Shown here: positions 1 to 13,100 of the stretch, piece by piece
Numbering within the stretch: position 1 is the first letter of the stretch
How the letters are laid out: each line of letters starts with the position of its first letter
Assembly (NCBI GenBank): GCA_002633005.1
Contig: NMRA01000554.1
Coordinates: 186,001 to 250,000, forward strand
DNA: 64,000 nt
Source: Phoronis australis
Taxonomy: Eukaryota; Animalia; Phoronida
Direction: 5' to 3'
Position numbers and translations under genes: made by a program
The notes under the pieces: model-generated
Databases searched by the model: none
What the model was told of the DNA's origin: nothing
The model's input: the letters and a program-made list of their open reading frames with translations, nothing else

Positions 1-1950
1 ACGCGCTCTTGAAACGGGAAGTTTCCACTATTCTTTTGGTTAATCTCAGAGTTCTTGTCACTTGGTTAAGCTAGGGTAACATGGCAAAGCCACGCGTCCA
101 CACTACACAACGTACACCCCATGTGACACATTTAGTGCAAAACACTCTATAAGTGCTGAGTACGGCACCCGATCCGCTTTGTCTGCATGTTTTCGTCCAC
201 ATGACTTGCGTTGGGGCACCCTGTAGCCGGCAGTTTACCCTACCTCGGTAAGATGGGATAAGTTGTCACACTTGTGATCCTGTGCAAATAACGTCCATAC
301 TACCTACGACCTAGTGACAACTCCTTCCAGGAATAGTATAGTAACTCTTATTGCAGTCATGGTAGAGCGTAATTTTAACAAATTTAATTGCTACCGAAAG
401 TAGGCTATTCTTTCATCTTTCACTTGATTATAACGTAGAAAATATATGTGAAACTAAATATGGCGATCCAGATCCTCCCAAGGATACTATTGTTTCATGA
501 AATGAAGAATATAAATCGGTAAATAAAACAACAAGAATGGATCAACTGAAATTTGAAATTTTCGGAGGTAACAACTTTTTTTTTCTGTTTTTGTTGATAA
601 AGGAAGTTGTTACCTCCGAAAATTTCAAATTTCAGTTGATCCATTCTTGTTGTTTTATTTACCGATTTATATTCTTCACTTGATTATGAAATTAATAGCC
701 CAACCTTTTCTTGTATTCTTTTCATATTCAGGGTTACCCTCTCGAGGGGATCCCTGAAGAAGGGAACCTATTTCTTGAAACTATATTGTCATGAAAATCA
801 ATGTTAGATTAGTTGACCGTAATGAAACTCGCCTCGGTAGGCTTAGAAAGAACAGACTTGAGACTTGGTTCTACAGTTGCATTGTCGTGGTGGTGTGTCA
901 TGTGTTGGCCGAGCATATAGTCTCCGATGGCAACTACGAGCTGTCAGCTCTTTACAAGACCCAAACTCAGTCATTTCTCGTGGANGAGAAGTGTGTAACT
1001 CGTTTCACGCCAACTTATCTTTCCTTGCATCACAGCATAGGTCACGAGCGCTGTTCTGCTCTAGTTTAGATGGAAATGAGCAATGGCGGATTTGAAAACT
1101 TGACGTACCCTGTCGTATGATCCACACTGCAAAGTCCACCCCTTTCTCAAGCCAGAGTTCCTTTCAACTGCTTCAGGTCCCGGGCATTTTTGTTGGTGCG
1201 GGGCGGGTGAGATTGAAACGACTTTTGCATTTTACGCGCTCTTGAAACGGGAAGTTTCCACTATTCTTTTGGTTAATCTCAGAGTTCTTGTCACTTGGTT
1301 AAGCTAGGGTAACGTGGCAAAGCCACGCGTCCACACTACACAACGTACACCCCATGTGTCACATTTAGTGCAAAACACTCTATAAGTGCTGAGTACGGCA
1401 CCCGATCCGCTTTGTCTGCATGTTTTCGTCCACATAACTTGCGTTGGGGCACTCTGTAGCCGGCAGTTTACCCTACCTCGGTAAGATGGGATAAATTGTC
1501 ACACTTGTGTCCAATTGATCCTGTGCAAATAACGTCCATACTACCTACGACCTAGTGACAACTCCTTCCAGGAATAGTACATGGTAGAGCGTAATTTTAA
1601 CAAATTTAATTGCTACCGAAAGTAGGCTATTCTTTCATCTTTCACTTGATTATGAAATTAATAGCCCAACCTTTTCTTGTATTCTTTTCATATTCAGGGT
1701 TACCCTCTCGAGGGGATCCCTGAAGAAGGGAACCTATTTCTTGAAACTATATTGTCATGAAAATCAATGTTAGATTAGTTGACCGTAATGAAACTCGCCT
1801 CGGTAGGCTTAGAAAGAACAGACTTGAGACTTGGTTCTACAGTTGCATTGTCGTGGTGGTGTGTCATGTGTTGGCCGAGCATATAGTCTCCGATGGCAAC
1901 TACGAGCTGTCAGCTCTTTACAAGACCCAAACTCAGTCATTTCTCGTGGA
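1..1950. repeat. Near-identical tandem duplication (1-984 vs 1234-1950) across an N join
   Basis: Copies differ by SNPs and indels, with a single N at 985. Probably two haplotypes. Confidence 0.8.
503..678. repeat. Perfect 75-bp inverted repeat (hairpin) with 26-nt loop
   Basis: 503-577 is the exact reverse complement of 604-678. Confidence 0.9.
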
Positions 1951-3061
1951 AGTTGAGGAACAAGCTGATGACCACTCAACGGTCTTAATGAAAAATTATT
2001 TTCATTGGACGAAACGCCCTGGCACCGACTTCAGTCGAAAATGATGGTCAACATTTGTGAAGCATATAAAACGTATGCACAGAACAGACCTATGTACAAA
2101 TGATCCTTACAAAACTCATTATAAACTTTTCTTATAAACAAGGGCGTGTCCATACTTCCCATTGTTCATGATGCAAACTCCCTCTTTACCACGAGCCTAC
2201 AAATCCTCCACCTCAACCTCCATTCACACATTATCCAAACCCTCCCGGCCTCACATAGGCAGGTCAGTATTATCCCGGGGTTGTCATGTTTCTGGACACC
2301 GAAATAAGTTTCTTATTGTATTTATTTCATTACAAAAATTATTCGTTTACTAAAAATATGCAATTTTGATATGACGCGGTTTCAGCTGATCATAGGATCC
2401 TACATAAGAATGCTAGGTTCATCATCGCTGGTGAAATACCATTGAACATTTCGAAGCCGCCTAGCTGGCGAGGGCAAACGCGTCAGCATACTCTCTCAAT
2501 AACTTTTTGTACACCTGACAGGGAGCTGACGAGGTATGACATGAGACGTATTTTGGCTTAAAAATAGATCACAAGCTCGTTCTTCCCGGCGTCGTCCGCG
2601 GTTTTTACTCCTTAAAAAGAAAACTTGTCAGTGTCACGTCTCGAACAATATCTGACACGACAAATGACGCGCTGAATCCCATAAGTTGGCAAATGCAATG
2701 AACTAGTAGGAGATTCATGCCATATGAAATTAATAAAGTTAAACCTTGAGTTCGTATTGCTTGTTTGAGAAAGCTCAACTCAATTCTATTTTATCACTGG
2801 GTAGTTTAATTGAAATTCCGTCAGACCGGCTCACACCACGTCGCTAGTGTAAAAAGTTTAGAGATTGGGTCGTGTTTCGGCGACGAGACCTACAAGAGAC
2901 TTTGGCAAGGCCAAGGCAAGTCAGCATCTTGTCACGACATCTATTGGATTTATAAACGACTAATCGAGATTTAGCGTGAAAGAACGTGAAAAGCGGTATT
3001 GGCCTGGCGTGCATGACAATATATTTCTACCTTGTATGATTTTCATTTAAAACTTAGGAAA

Positions 3062-4086
3062 ATGGTAAGGATTTTTCGTCTGGTTGTTTGAAAATATACT
3101 ATGTCTCAATTGCCAGTTGCCTTTATGTGTCACGAAGTTTTTCTAGTCATTTATGTCGACTGGTATGAGTCTATAGTCAAAGGCCGGGTTAGCAATTTTT
3201 CAAGTTGGATTCCTCTCGAGTCTCCCCGAGTCCCTTAAAATTGGATGCCGATTTTTTGAAGTAGAAAGATGCTTGAGCTTCAGATAATTATATCTGGAAT
3301 TCACTAAATGGTCGTTTTAGTTTAGCAGGTTAGTGGCAGTATTATCTTCTTGTTCCAACCGTTGCCGAGCGGCAATTGCCTATCCATCAGGCCATGTACG
3401 GATTTCCAGAATATTCTTGGACAAAGCATCAGTTTTCAGCTCATCGTTACGTAGACTTGGTGATTATCAACAAAATTCTGTGTGCATTATGTCTGAGATA
3501 TCCTCCATAGTCTGATGTGGCAGTCCCTGATTTTGAGAACCAGTTACTTTCATTCACGATTTTGGGAACTGAAATAGGGACTGCTTGAAGAAAAAGTTTG
3601 ATAATGGGAGTATTTGTTCGAGTTGGAAGGAATTAAACACATCTACAACCTCCTCAGGTGTTCCTCTATGCGCAAAAGGTATTTATAACAACGTGACTTT
3701 GATGGTTTAGTCGGTGCGAGGCATAATTCGCTGAAAAGCTTCCAGCCTACAGAGCGCCTGTGCCCTATAGCCTCTGCATCGCCTCTGGTTCGGGCCAACA
3801 GAGGCGATGGTCATTGCCTAGACCTTCCGTAACAAATTGTTAATTTCTGTGGGGCAGATTGACAATACGCAGCAGCTTTTTGGGAAGATTTTTGTGCTTT
3901 GACCGTGAATTTGTTGCAAACTCGCTGGAGCAGGACACCGCCATTGCTATCAGAAGAAAGAACAATTGCTCGTGGTTTGTTGAACCCCTGTTTTGTGTAA
4001 ATTTATTGAGTTTTGTGTTTGATATGGACTTCTGAAATGAAACACCCGTGGAATTCCTAGTGCTGAGTGTCGTACCTTGTACTAGT

Positions 4087-4117
<31 letters not shown>

Positions 4118-7100
4118 GTGTATTGGGGCCGATCAGAAGCTGAGGATGCCTGTGGCTTTGCTCAGTGTGCTGTGCTGTTCGTGAACTTGGAATCCTGCTG
4201 AATCTCAAGATAGCGTATGCGTGAACTTGGAATACACGAGGAAACTTGACTAGTTCACTCAAATAATCACGTTCATATTGATAAAAATTTGCTTTGCACT
4301 AAATCAAGTTATGTATGTTATTAAAATAATGTAAATTTCAACCAACCTTTTTTCAACTATTGGCGACCTTATTCACCGTACAATAATTGATTTAAGCATG
4401 CACATATTCCTCCGATTTGATGACACAAGTTATGGTAAAGGAGAAAATGAATGATCGTGAGGCCAACAATTATAAAAATTCTTCACTTCTTCTCACTGAA
4501 CAAATAAGTTTACCTTATTGCCTTAATGGCTGTTCAAATCCAAGTTCACGCATAGGCGATCTTGAGGTTAAGCATGATTCCAAGTTCACGCACAGCAGCT
4601 GCACATCTATGTTGGAAGCCTTTTGGCAAATTACACCTGGTGAAAATGGTGAAATCATTAAAGTTACATCATTGTAGCAGTCAAGCTTAGAGAGAGGTCT
4701 TAAGAGACCGTCGATATCTTTAAATGCTCCGTGTTTGAACAAATATTGGCTATAATAGTAGCGGATAGGTGGGTCCCTGCTTTGAAAGTGATTTGAGAAC
4801 CAGTTACTCCCACTAAATAACACCTGCTATTCAGGGTAAAAGATGAAGAAACGGGTCCATTTTTGAACTGCTGAGAACCAATTTTCACCGAATTGTGGCC
4901 ATTGCCATTATTCTATGAAAATGGTTCTTGTCAACCATTTTCAAGAGGTACCCAATTACTGGACTTTTACCATGAATAGGTGTTATTTAGTGGAAGATGC
5001 TTCTTGCTACATAACGTTGATGGTTTAGCCAGTGTGAGGTGTAATTTTCAAAAATTCTTTCGGCGTACAGGGGGCCCATGACTTTTGGAATTGTCTTTGA
5101 GCCAGCTGTGCTCGCCCAATTCGCAAAAGGTAGCGCTGTCTACTTAAGTACCTATACTTATGACTTTTCGGTGTTAGGTAGATATGATAATTATTGGTCA
5201 AATTTAGACTAATGCAAAAATGGTAGTAAGTTCTTGAGATGCTCTTCATCAACACCAATGCACCGAATACTTGACTAGTAAATTTTATATAGAATTGCTT
5301 GAGAAATGAGATGATGGCAATTATCCTGCTGCTCAGTGGATTTTAATAAAACTACTCATGGCTGGGACAAGGAGCTAGTTGCTTATTTGCTTTGGAACAC
5401 GGTCATGTGGCCAAAGTTTGTCACCAGAGCCTGTTTTACTTGTTCAGTGTTGCATCTCTTATTCTAACCGAATAATTACCAGTAAATACAATTTCAAATA
5501 GATAGTCTATAATTATAAGGAAAAATGATGCGTGCGCTTTTACTCTGGCTGAATGTGTGGCAGTATTTGTAACTTTTTGATTTCAATCAAGGTCAAGTAA
5601 TTAGGTTACGAGGTACCCAATCTTTGTTCTTAAGTTGTTTGGTATCCAGTTTTTGTTCTCAAGTTTTCTGGTACCTAGTGCAATCAACTGGTGGAGTGTA
5701 GTGTGTAACAGGGCTTTCTGTTTCTAGTTTCAGCCTATAAATGTCTTGGGCCAGGGAGCCGAGGAAGAAAAGGCAGAGATTGCCAGAATGGTAACTAACC
5801 TTTGTTTCATGATGAAGTTGGGCAAGTTGGGCATGATACCAAAATGGGAAATCGTGATGTGAAAATATTCACAGTAACCAGTACTGGTTTAGACTGTGAT
5901 TTTCTGTTTTCAAAAAACAGATAAGTCCAATTTAGCAATTCTTAATTTACATTTCTTCCGCTTAGTAAAATAACCCTGTCTGTTTTACTATTTAATCGTC
6001 GATATCATGTATTCCATGCAACGTTTCTCGAGCAGAAACCAGAAATGGATTATGTAGCACTGAAAATTGTGAATTACGTTAGAAAAACTAATTTCACGAA
6101 AAAAACCCTATTTCGTGAATTCAGTTTCTTCCATTAGTTTCATGTTGTTTTGCCATGGTCTACAATTGAACCTTGTTACAATATACCTTGTTTAGAGCAT
6201 TCGCAGCAATAAAACATGCAAACTTATTTTTACCCTGCTTACAACAAGCTTTATAACATGCGGTATTTTGAGGGTCCCTAGATATTTGTTGGAGCGAGGT
6301 TTGACTGTATTGTTCACTGTACATAGCCCAATTTACAAGTGAGGAAATGTGGTCATATCACAGCGATTTCATTAGATGTCTGCAGATTGGTAAACGTTAC
6401 ACATGTGGTCATTGCTTCATACGTGTACTCAGCATTGAATGTCGTGTTATTTCAGTCCTCTTTTGTGGGGGCCATTGCTATTGGTGATCTCATTAAAAGC
6501 ACACTAGGGCCAAAAGGGATGGTAAGTCTTTGATGCCCTGTTAATTACTGTTGTCAATTAACTATCAGGTTTTGATGAATTTTGTTGCCATTATTTGGTT
6601 AATTTTAGTTTTGTGTTTATCGTAAAAAGTTAAAATTTAATCTCATAAGTATATTTTTCCTTCTAAGTTTTAGAACTTAAAGCAAAACTGAGAAGTTGGT
6701 GCTGATCTTGCGAGCACATTTTGCTTCTAACCATCGAAACTTGTTGTTAATAAGTTTCGTTGATCTTATACTGCTTGCTATTAGTCAAGATATTGTTAAG
6801 TGTTACAGGTGCAGTATCTGTGGCTAAAAGTAGTAGAAAAGCCTCATATTTACTCTTTTATTTGTCCCATGGCAAATTTCTGCCGTTGGTTTCAGGACAA
6901 AATTCTCCAATCAAACGACAGAAACTCTTCCATTCAAGTAACCAATGATGGCGCAACAATTCTGAAGGCCATAGGTGTAGATAATCCTGCCGCCAGGGTA
7001 CTAGTTGGTAAGAATATAGCTTTTACTCAGTGGTTAAATATATTAACATTGTCTTAAAATAATAATGAATACAATACCTGTGGCATGCTGACTGGTGACT

Positions 7101-10100
7101 CTTATTTAAGTTGTGTCAAATCTATATGCTGGTTATCCAACTCTGACGTATTCTTTTGAAAGAAGTAACAAAAGCGATACCTAACATACATCTGCCTTTG
7201 TTATCCGCAGAGATTTCTAAAGTTCAAGATGACGAAGTTGGAGATGGGACTACCTCAGTTACAGTACTTGCCTGTGAACTGTTAAAGGTGTGTTGACTAT
7301 TTGCTGACAGGTATTGTGCTGAGAGATTCAAAAATATGTTGACGGTTTGTTGCAAAGTGCTGCACGGGGAGTCTGTATGAGTTGTTTACATGCTGCCCTA
7401 TTTATGTTGTTGGCTGTGATTTAAGAATTTTGGTCTCTAGCTATAGAGTATTTTCGGTACGTGTGTGTAATTTAGGGCATGGGTATGGTATTTGTACCTT
7501 GAACTTTAGCGTTTGCTGGTCCTCAACTAGGGTTTAGGGATCCACTTCATGTGACAGTTTATTTTGATTGTGCCGCATGGGTGTTGTGATGTTGCATTTT
7601 GGTCATAACAGTATTACACAGTTAACGATCAGTATTTCTACATAATCCATCTTTGTTACTGATTCATATGGAGCACAACTAAAGCTGGTGTTTGATTTAA
7701 AAATATTGATTCTTAAGTTATTAATACACCAATATTGACATAACGTGTAACGTCAACTTGCTGTAAATTTCAGGAAGCCGAGAACCTGATTAACCAGAAG
7801 CTCCATCCACAGACCATCGTGTCGGGTTGGCGCAAGGCCACTGACGAGGCACGTCAGGCGCTCATCGATGCTGCCATGGATCACGGGTAAATGATGAGTT
7901 TGAGCTTCTTCGTGTCCCAACTAATAGTTGTTTTGTGACAGTTGTTACCTTCAGCCATTCGTTCACCTTTTGTGTTGAAACGCTATTTTGTTTTGTTCCA
8001 ACTCACGGAAATTAGTAATGGGTATGGAAAGCGATTGTGTCATAAGTCAGCTTTCTTGGTTACAGACAATAGTTTGACAGTGTGACAGTGGGAGTGGTCT
8101 AAAGAGTTGTGTTTTTTTTTTTGTTTTCTTGTTGATTTCAAGGTGCAGTGTTTTGAAGTTGAATGTAAACATCAGTTGTTGAGGTATACATGCAAGGTGG
8201 AGTATCGTCTGTTTAATGAACAACCTGAATATCTCCGAACACCTCCAGAAATGCCATTGCTCAATGTTGAACCATAGAGAAAAAATATTTCATGAATCAG
8301 TCAATACAGAAACACATGTGAACTCGTGTAATCTGGCAAATTTTGTGCATCACAATAGACACACCATGTGTGTTTGCTATGAAGATGGCAGACACGTTGC
8401 TTTTCATCCCTATTGACCATGATAGACTCGCATGATGACCTTTTGAAGATTTTTTACTCTACATGTCTGTCAGCCTGTAAGGTACTTGTTTCATAGGTTC
8501 CAATGTCATTGATTTCCAGACTAGCAAATACTTTGGAATCACTATGCAGTCTTGTGCTGTGGTGGTTAAAGATTTCTGCCATTGGATTTCGAAGACTATG
8601 CAGAATGTTCTTTAGTCCATGATCTGGACATACTCTCTGTCCTGATCTACACTCCGTGTCTAGACATACTCGCTGTCCTGGTTTACACTCTGTCTGGACA
8701 TACTCTTTGTCCTGGTCTACACTCTGTATGTCTGGACATACTCTCTGTTCTTGTCTACATTCTGTGTCTGCTTGTGTTGTAGGAGTGACCCGGTCAGGTT
8801 CAGAGAAGACCTAATGAACATTGCTAGAACCACACTTAGCTCAAAAATCCTCACGCAGCATAAAGACTACTTCTCCAACCTCTCTGTGGACGCCGTTTTA
8901 AGATTAAAGGTTAGTGACTCAGAAACAGCTTGCATTATTCGTCATTGAAGGGTTACGACGAGGCGTATGTGATGTAAATAAGTCTACTGGACTATTCAGT
9001 GTGTTTAAATTTGCCCTCCGATGATTGCAGACCTGTAGGAAGGTAAATATAGTTTGGGGTACCGACAAGTTTAACTTCTGTAAAACTGCTACTCTGTGGT
9101 CACCACATGTAAGTGACCACAGGAATGCTTTTATACTTGATTTCCTTAGAGCTCATCACATGGGCTTTAACTTGAGACTGCACAGCTGGTAATCCAAATT
9201 TCTCTTCCAGGGTAGCGGTAACCTAGATGCTATAAAGATCATTAAGAAGCTTGGTGGAAACTTGACTGACTCGTACTTGGATGAGGGCTACCTGCTGGAT
9301 AAGAAGATAGGTGTGAACCAGCCCAAGAGGATAGAAGATGCCAAGATTCTCATCGCCAACACACCTATGGACACAGATAAAATAAAGGTTTGTTGGGTGG
9401 TGGTTGTGCCATGCGCCATATGTTTATGTTAGAGATTGGTCTTGTACCTGACATTTTCCTATTTTAGGTAGAATGTTATCCAATGAAGTTGGGTCGTCTT
9501 TCAAATCCATGTTTTATATTCAGACTCGCAGTGAGATTTCTGCAAGTGACATTTTTGAGAAGTCAAATGCAAATATGTACCTAGATTTATATTTGACAAT
9601 GCTGAAAATCTGCCATTGTAGCCAGTGCTCGAATGAAAAATTGCTATGCAATACGTCCAGTAGGTGTATAGTCAGCTGGGCTTGTTTGTGGGAAACTTCG
9701 GTAGAGGTAATGAGTAAAAACCAACTAAAACTGTAGTTTTTTTAGCTGGCATAAACCATGTTCTGTTTTAACTTTTTAAAAGCATCAACTTTCTTCAGTC
9801 AGTGACCTCATCATGTTTTTATACCTTGTTTGAATTGAAATTGGCGACAATAAATTGCCACGAGTGCCCCTGGCGACCACACTGCCCTGGCGGCCATAGT
9901 GCCGTGACGGCCTTACTGCCCCGGCAGCCATACTACCATGACGACCATACTGCCCCGGCGGCCATTCTGCCGTGACGACCATACTGCCGTGACGACCATA
10001 CTGCCGTGACGACCATAGTGCCCTGGCGACCACACTTCCCTGACGGCCATACTGCCTTGACAGCCATACTGTCCCGGCGACCATACTGCCTTGACAGCTG

Positions 10101-13100
10101 TACTGCCTCGGCAGCCATACTGTGCCGGCGGCCATTCTGCCCTGGCGGCCATACTGCACTGGCGGCCATACTGCCCTGGTGGCTGTAGCTCCTGAACCTG
10201 ACCTGCCTTGATCAGCAACTTAATCTAGTCTCAGTTTTGAACAAGAAGAGGCTGGTTTTATAACAGAAATAACCATTTAAATCAAAGGTTGGTTTTGGAC
10301 ACCAAGTGTGGGTATTTTGCCCCTTTTAGGTACTGCATTGATTTGGCAAATAGCAAGGAGTCCATTTGCCTGGCGCTTTCAGGGACCCCCATCTTTAGTC
10401 TTATGTTCATGTTTACGAAACCGCAGGTGTTTGGCTCGCGTGTCAGAGTAGATGCTGTGTCTAAAGTGGCTGAGTTGGAGTTGGCTGAGAAAGAGAAGAT
10501 GAAAGAAAAGGTGGAGAAAATCATCAAGCACGGGTGTAATGTGTTCATCAATAGGTACGTTGGCTAGATGTCTTGGAAAGTTTTTCATTTGGGCATTTGG
10601 GGTCAGAGGTGTTACTGTCATTCACTTTGAAGGGATTATCATTTGTGAACACGAAATTTCCATGATAGAAAATGTCAAATGGTGTTCTACCTACGATTAC
10701 TGGGGCATTGATTTGAATTTATTGGGTCTGCAGTGGAGAACTTTGATAAGTGAAATATTCTTGCTCTCACAATGTCGAAATACTCTTTTGCAGGATTGAA
10801 GTTGGTGTTGTTTTGAGGTTTGTTTGCCTTGGTGTTTGTTTGTTTTATTATCGTTAGTCTATGTTACAAGTTGATCCACCTCTCTCATTCAGGCAACTTA
10901 TCTACAACTATCCAGAACAACTTTTTGCCGATGCTGGCATGATGGCTATCGAGCATGCTGACTTTGAGGGGGTAGAGCGCCTGGCCCTTGTGACAGGTGG
11001 AGAAATTGTTTCTACCTTTGACTGCCCTGACCAGGTGAAACTAGGCAGGTGTAAAGTGATAGAGGAAGTCATGATCGGAGAGGACAAATTACTTAAGTTC
11101 TCCGGTAAGTCAGTGAATGATAGGTGATTCAGAAGTAGTGTAAGGAGCAGTATGAGGAGATACCTTTATGGTTGAACTGAGAATGACTGAAACGATGAAG
11201 ACTGCTGAAATGGAAAATGTTCATTAACTGTATAATGCGCATGTATAATTTTGACTCATCATTGGACAGAAAGTTTGTGTGAATTGTTAAATCCCTGAAA
11301 GTAGTTGAGCATTCTGACAATTGATGTAATCAGATTTACAGATTACTTTATTTTGCTGTCTGACATGTTTTTCTGGTTTCTCCAGCTGGATCCAAATACT
11401 ATACATGAATGATCAAAGCGTTTTTTTAAATTGTTTTCTTTGCTTCACTTGCTGTTATAGGTGTCGCCTTGGGAGAAGCTTGCACCATCGTGCTTCGTGG
11501 TGCTACTCAGCAGATCCTGGATGAGGCAGAAAGGTCGCTACACGACGCCCTCTGTGTGCTGGCCCAGACAGTCAAGGAGACACGCACTGTGTTCGGGGGT
11601 GGTAAGTAGTTAGATGACAAGATTCTTTTCAAATTCATAACTATGTCTTTCCACATAATGTTTAATCTGGCGAGGTCATCTTTTGTAAGCATTGTCCAAC
11701 AAAAGTGTCTCTTTACAAATGTCGAGAACCAATGTATTTTCAGGGAATACCGCTGCTTATTGTTATGTTTAATGCAGTCTTGGCGGGTGTGTGATCTTGA
11801 TTTTCTTTCCTCCAGGGTGTTCCGAGATGCTGATGGCCAATGCCGTATCAGCACTGGCTGCCAAGACTCCTGGAAAGGAGGCGGTTGCCATGGAAGCATT
11901 TGCGCGTGCACTGTGCCAGCTGCCGACCATCATTGCCGATAACGCTGGTTACGACAGCGCTGATCTCGTTTCACAGCTACGTGCCGCGCACACCGAGGGT
12001 CATAGCACGTATGGACTAAGTAAGTATTGGTGGACAAGGGACTGGATATTAGTGTTCAGTACTGAACTTTTTGTGGGGAGCTTCATTGAAGAAAACTATT
12101 AGGTACTATGGTGCTGGAGACTTGGTAAGTGAGAGACTGAGCTTCTGTTCGCGGGGTTAGTTGTGACTCCTGAATGTCATTGAGAAGTACTATTCTGAGA
12201 TGGTTGGAATGAGTTTTAAGGTTATCTCCAACCAAATTTAGCGACCTCCATTCTAACTCGTATATCAAAGAACTAAGCTTTGTCAACTTCTTGTGAAAGT
12301 ATATAATTATTTTCTGAAAGCACAAAGAACAGGAAATATAAATATACTTTTTGTATTTATGAGCCATTATTATTTTTACGTAAAAACCTTTTTAAGGCAA
12401 AAATTCATTTTTAAGAAAGGTACATTCATAGCAAAATAACCCCTCGGTCGATTTTAATGACATGCAACGAAAACTTTACCAATTACCTCAAAAACGCTGT
12501 TAGGAATTTTCGATTAATCTGTTCGTTTGGTTTCTATGACAAATCAACTCGCAAAACTTTTTGTAAAAAATTGAAGTCGTATTCATCTTTGTTACGTTAC
12601 GCAAAATCTAGGCCTTTATATCAAAAATTTTAACAACATTTTTGAGATTGATGATTAAATATTAAGTTTGGAAAGTTTCAGCGAAATCCATCTAGCCGTA
12701 TTTGAGAACTAGTGTTCCTAAGTTCAAATGAAGTCGATTTGCTGAAGCCGAGAAAAAGCCGATTAGATTGGGACAAGTGAAAATCTCAAAGTCTTCGGTT
12801 AATTATTCGGTGAAAACTTGTTTTCGGTATACATAACCTATACAATCCTTAACTATGTTAGCTATTCCAACGTTAACTCACAATGTCAACTGAGTTTGCA
12901 GTGTGTAACTAACTTAATTATTAAAACCTCAAATAGACGTATCGTTCCCAGCCAATTTTTCCGGTTTTTTACGCTCTACTTTTTATGTAGGTCACAGTTC
13001 ATAGCTTGTACACGTCACGTGCTGGGAGACTGACCAAGTAAGAAATGGAATCTGTGGTTTAAGTATGTCATTAGCATGAGATCGAAACATCGAAATGTCA

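Noticed and set aside
791-2044. ORFs MKINVRLVDRNE... (92 and 95 aa) as a gene pair
   Set aside because: No recognisable domain, and they appear twice only because of the N-joined duplication.
9785-10218. Repetitive ORFs (QYGRQG..., 60-124 aa) or a CRISPR-like array
   Set aside because: Translations of a 17-bp tandem repeat in an intron, with no unique spacers, no cas genes and a eukaryotic context.
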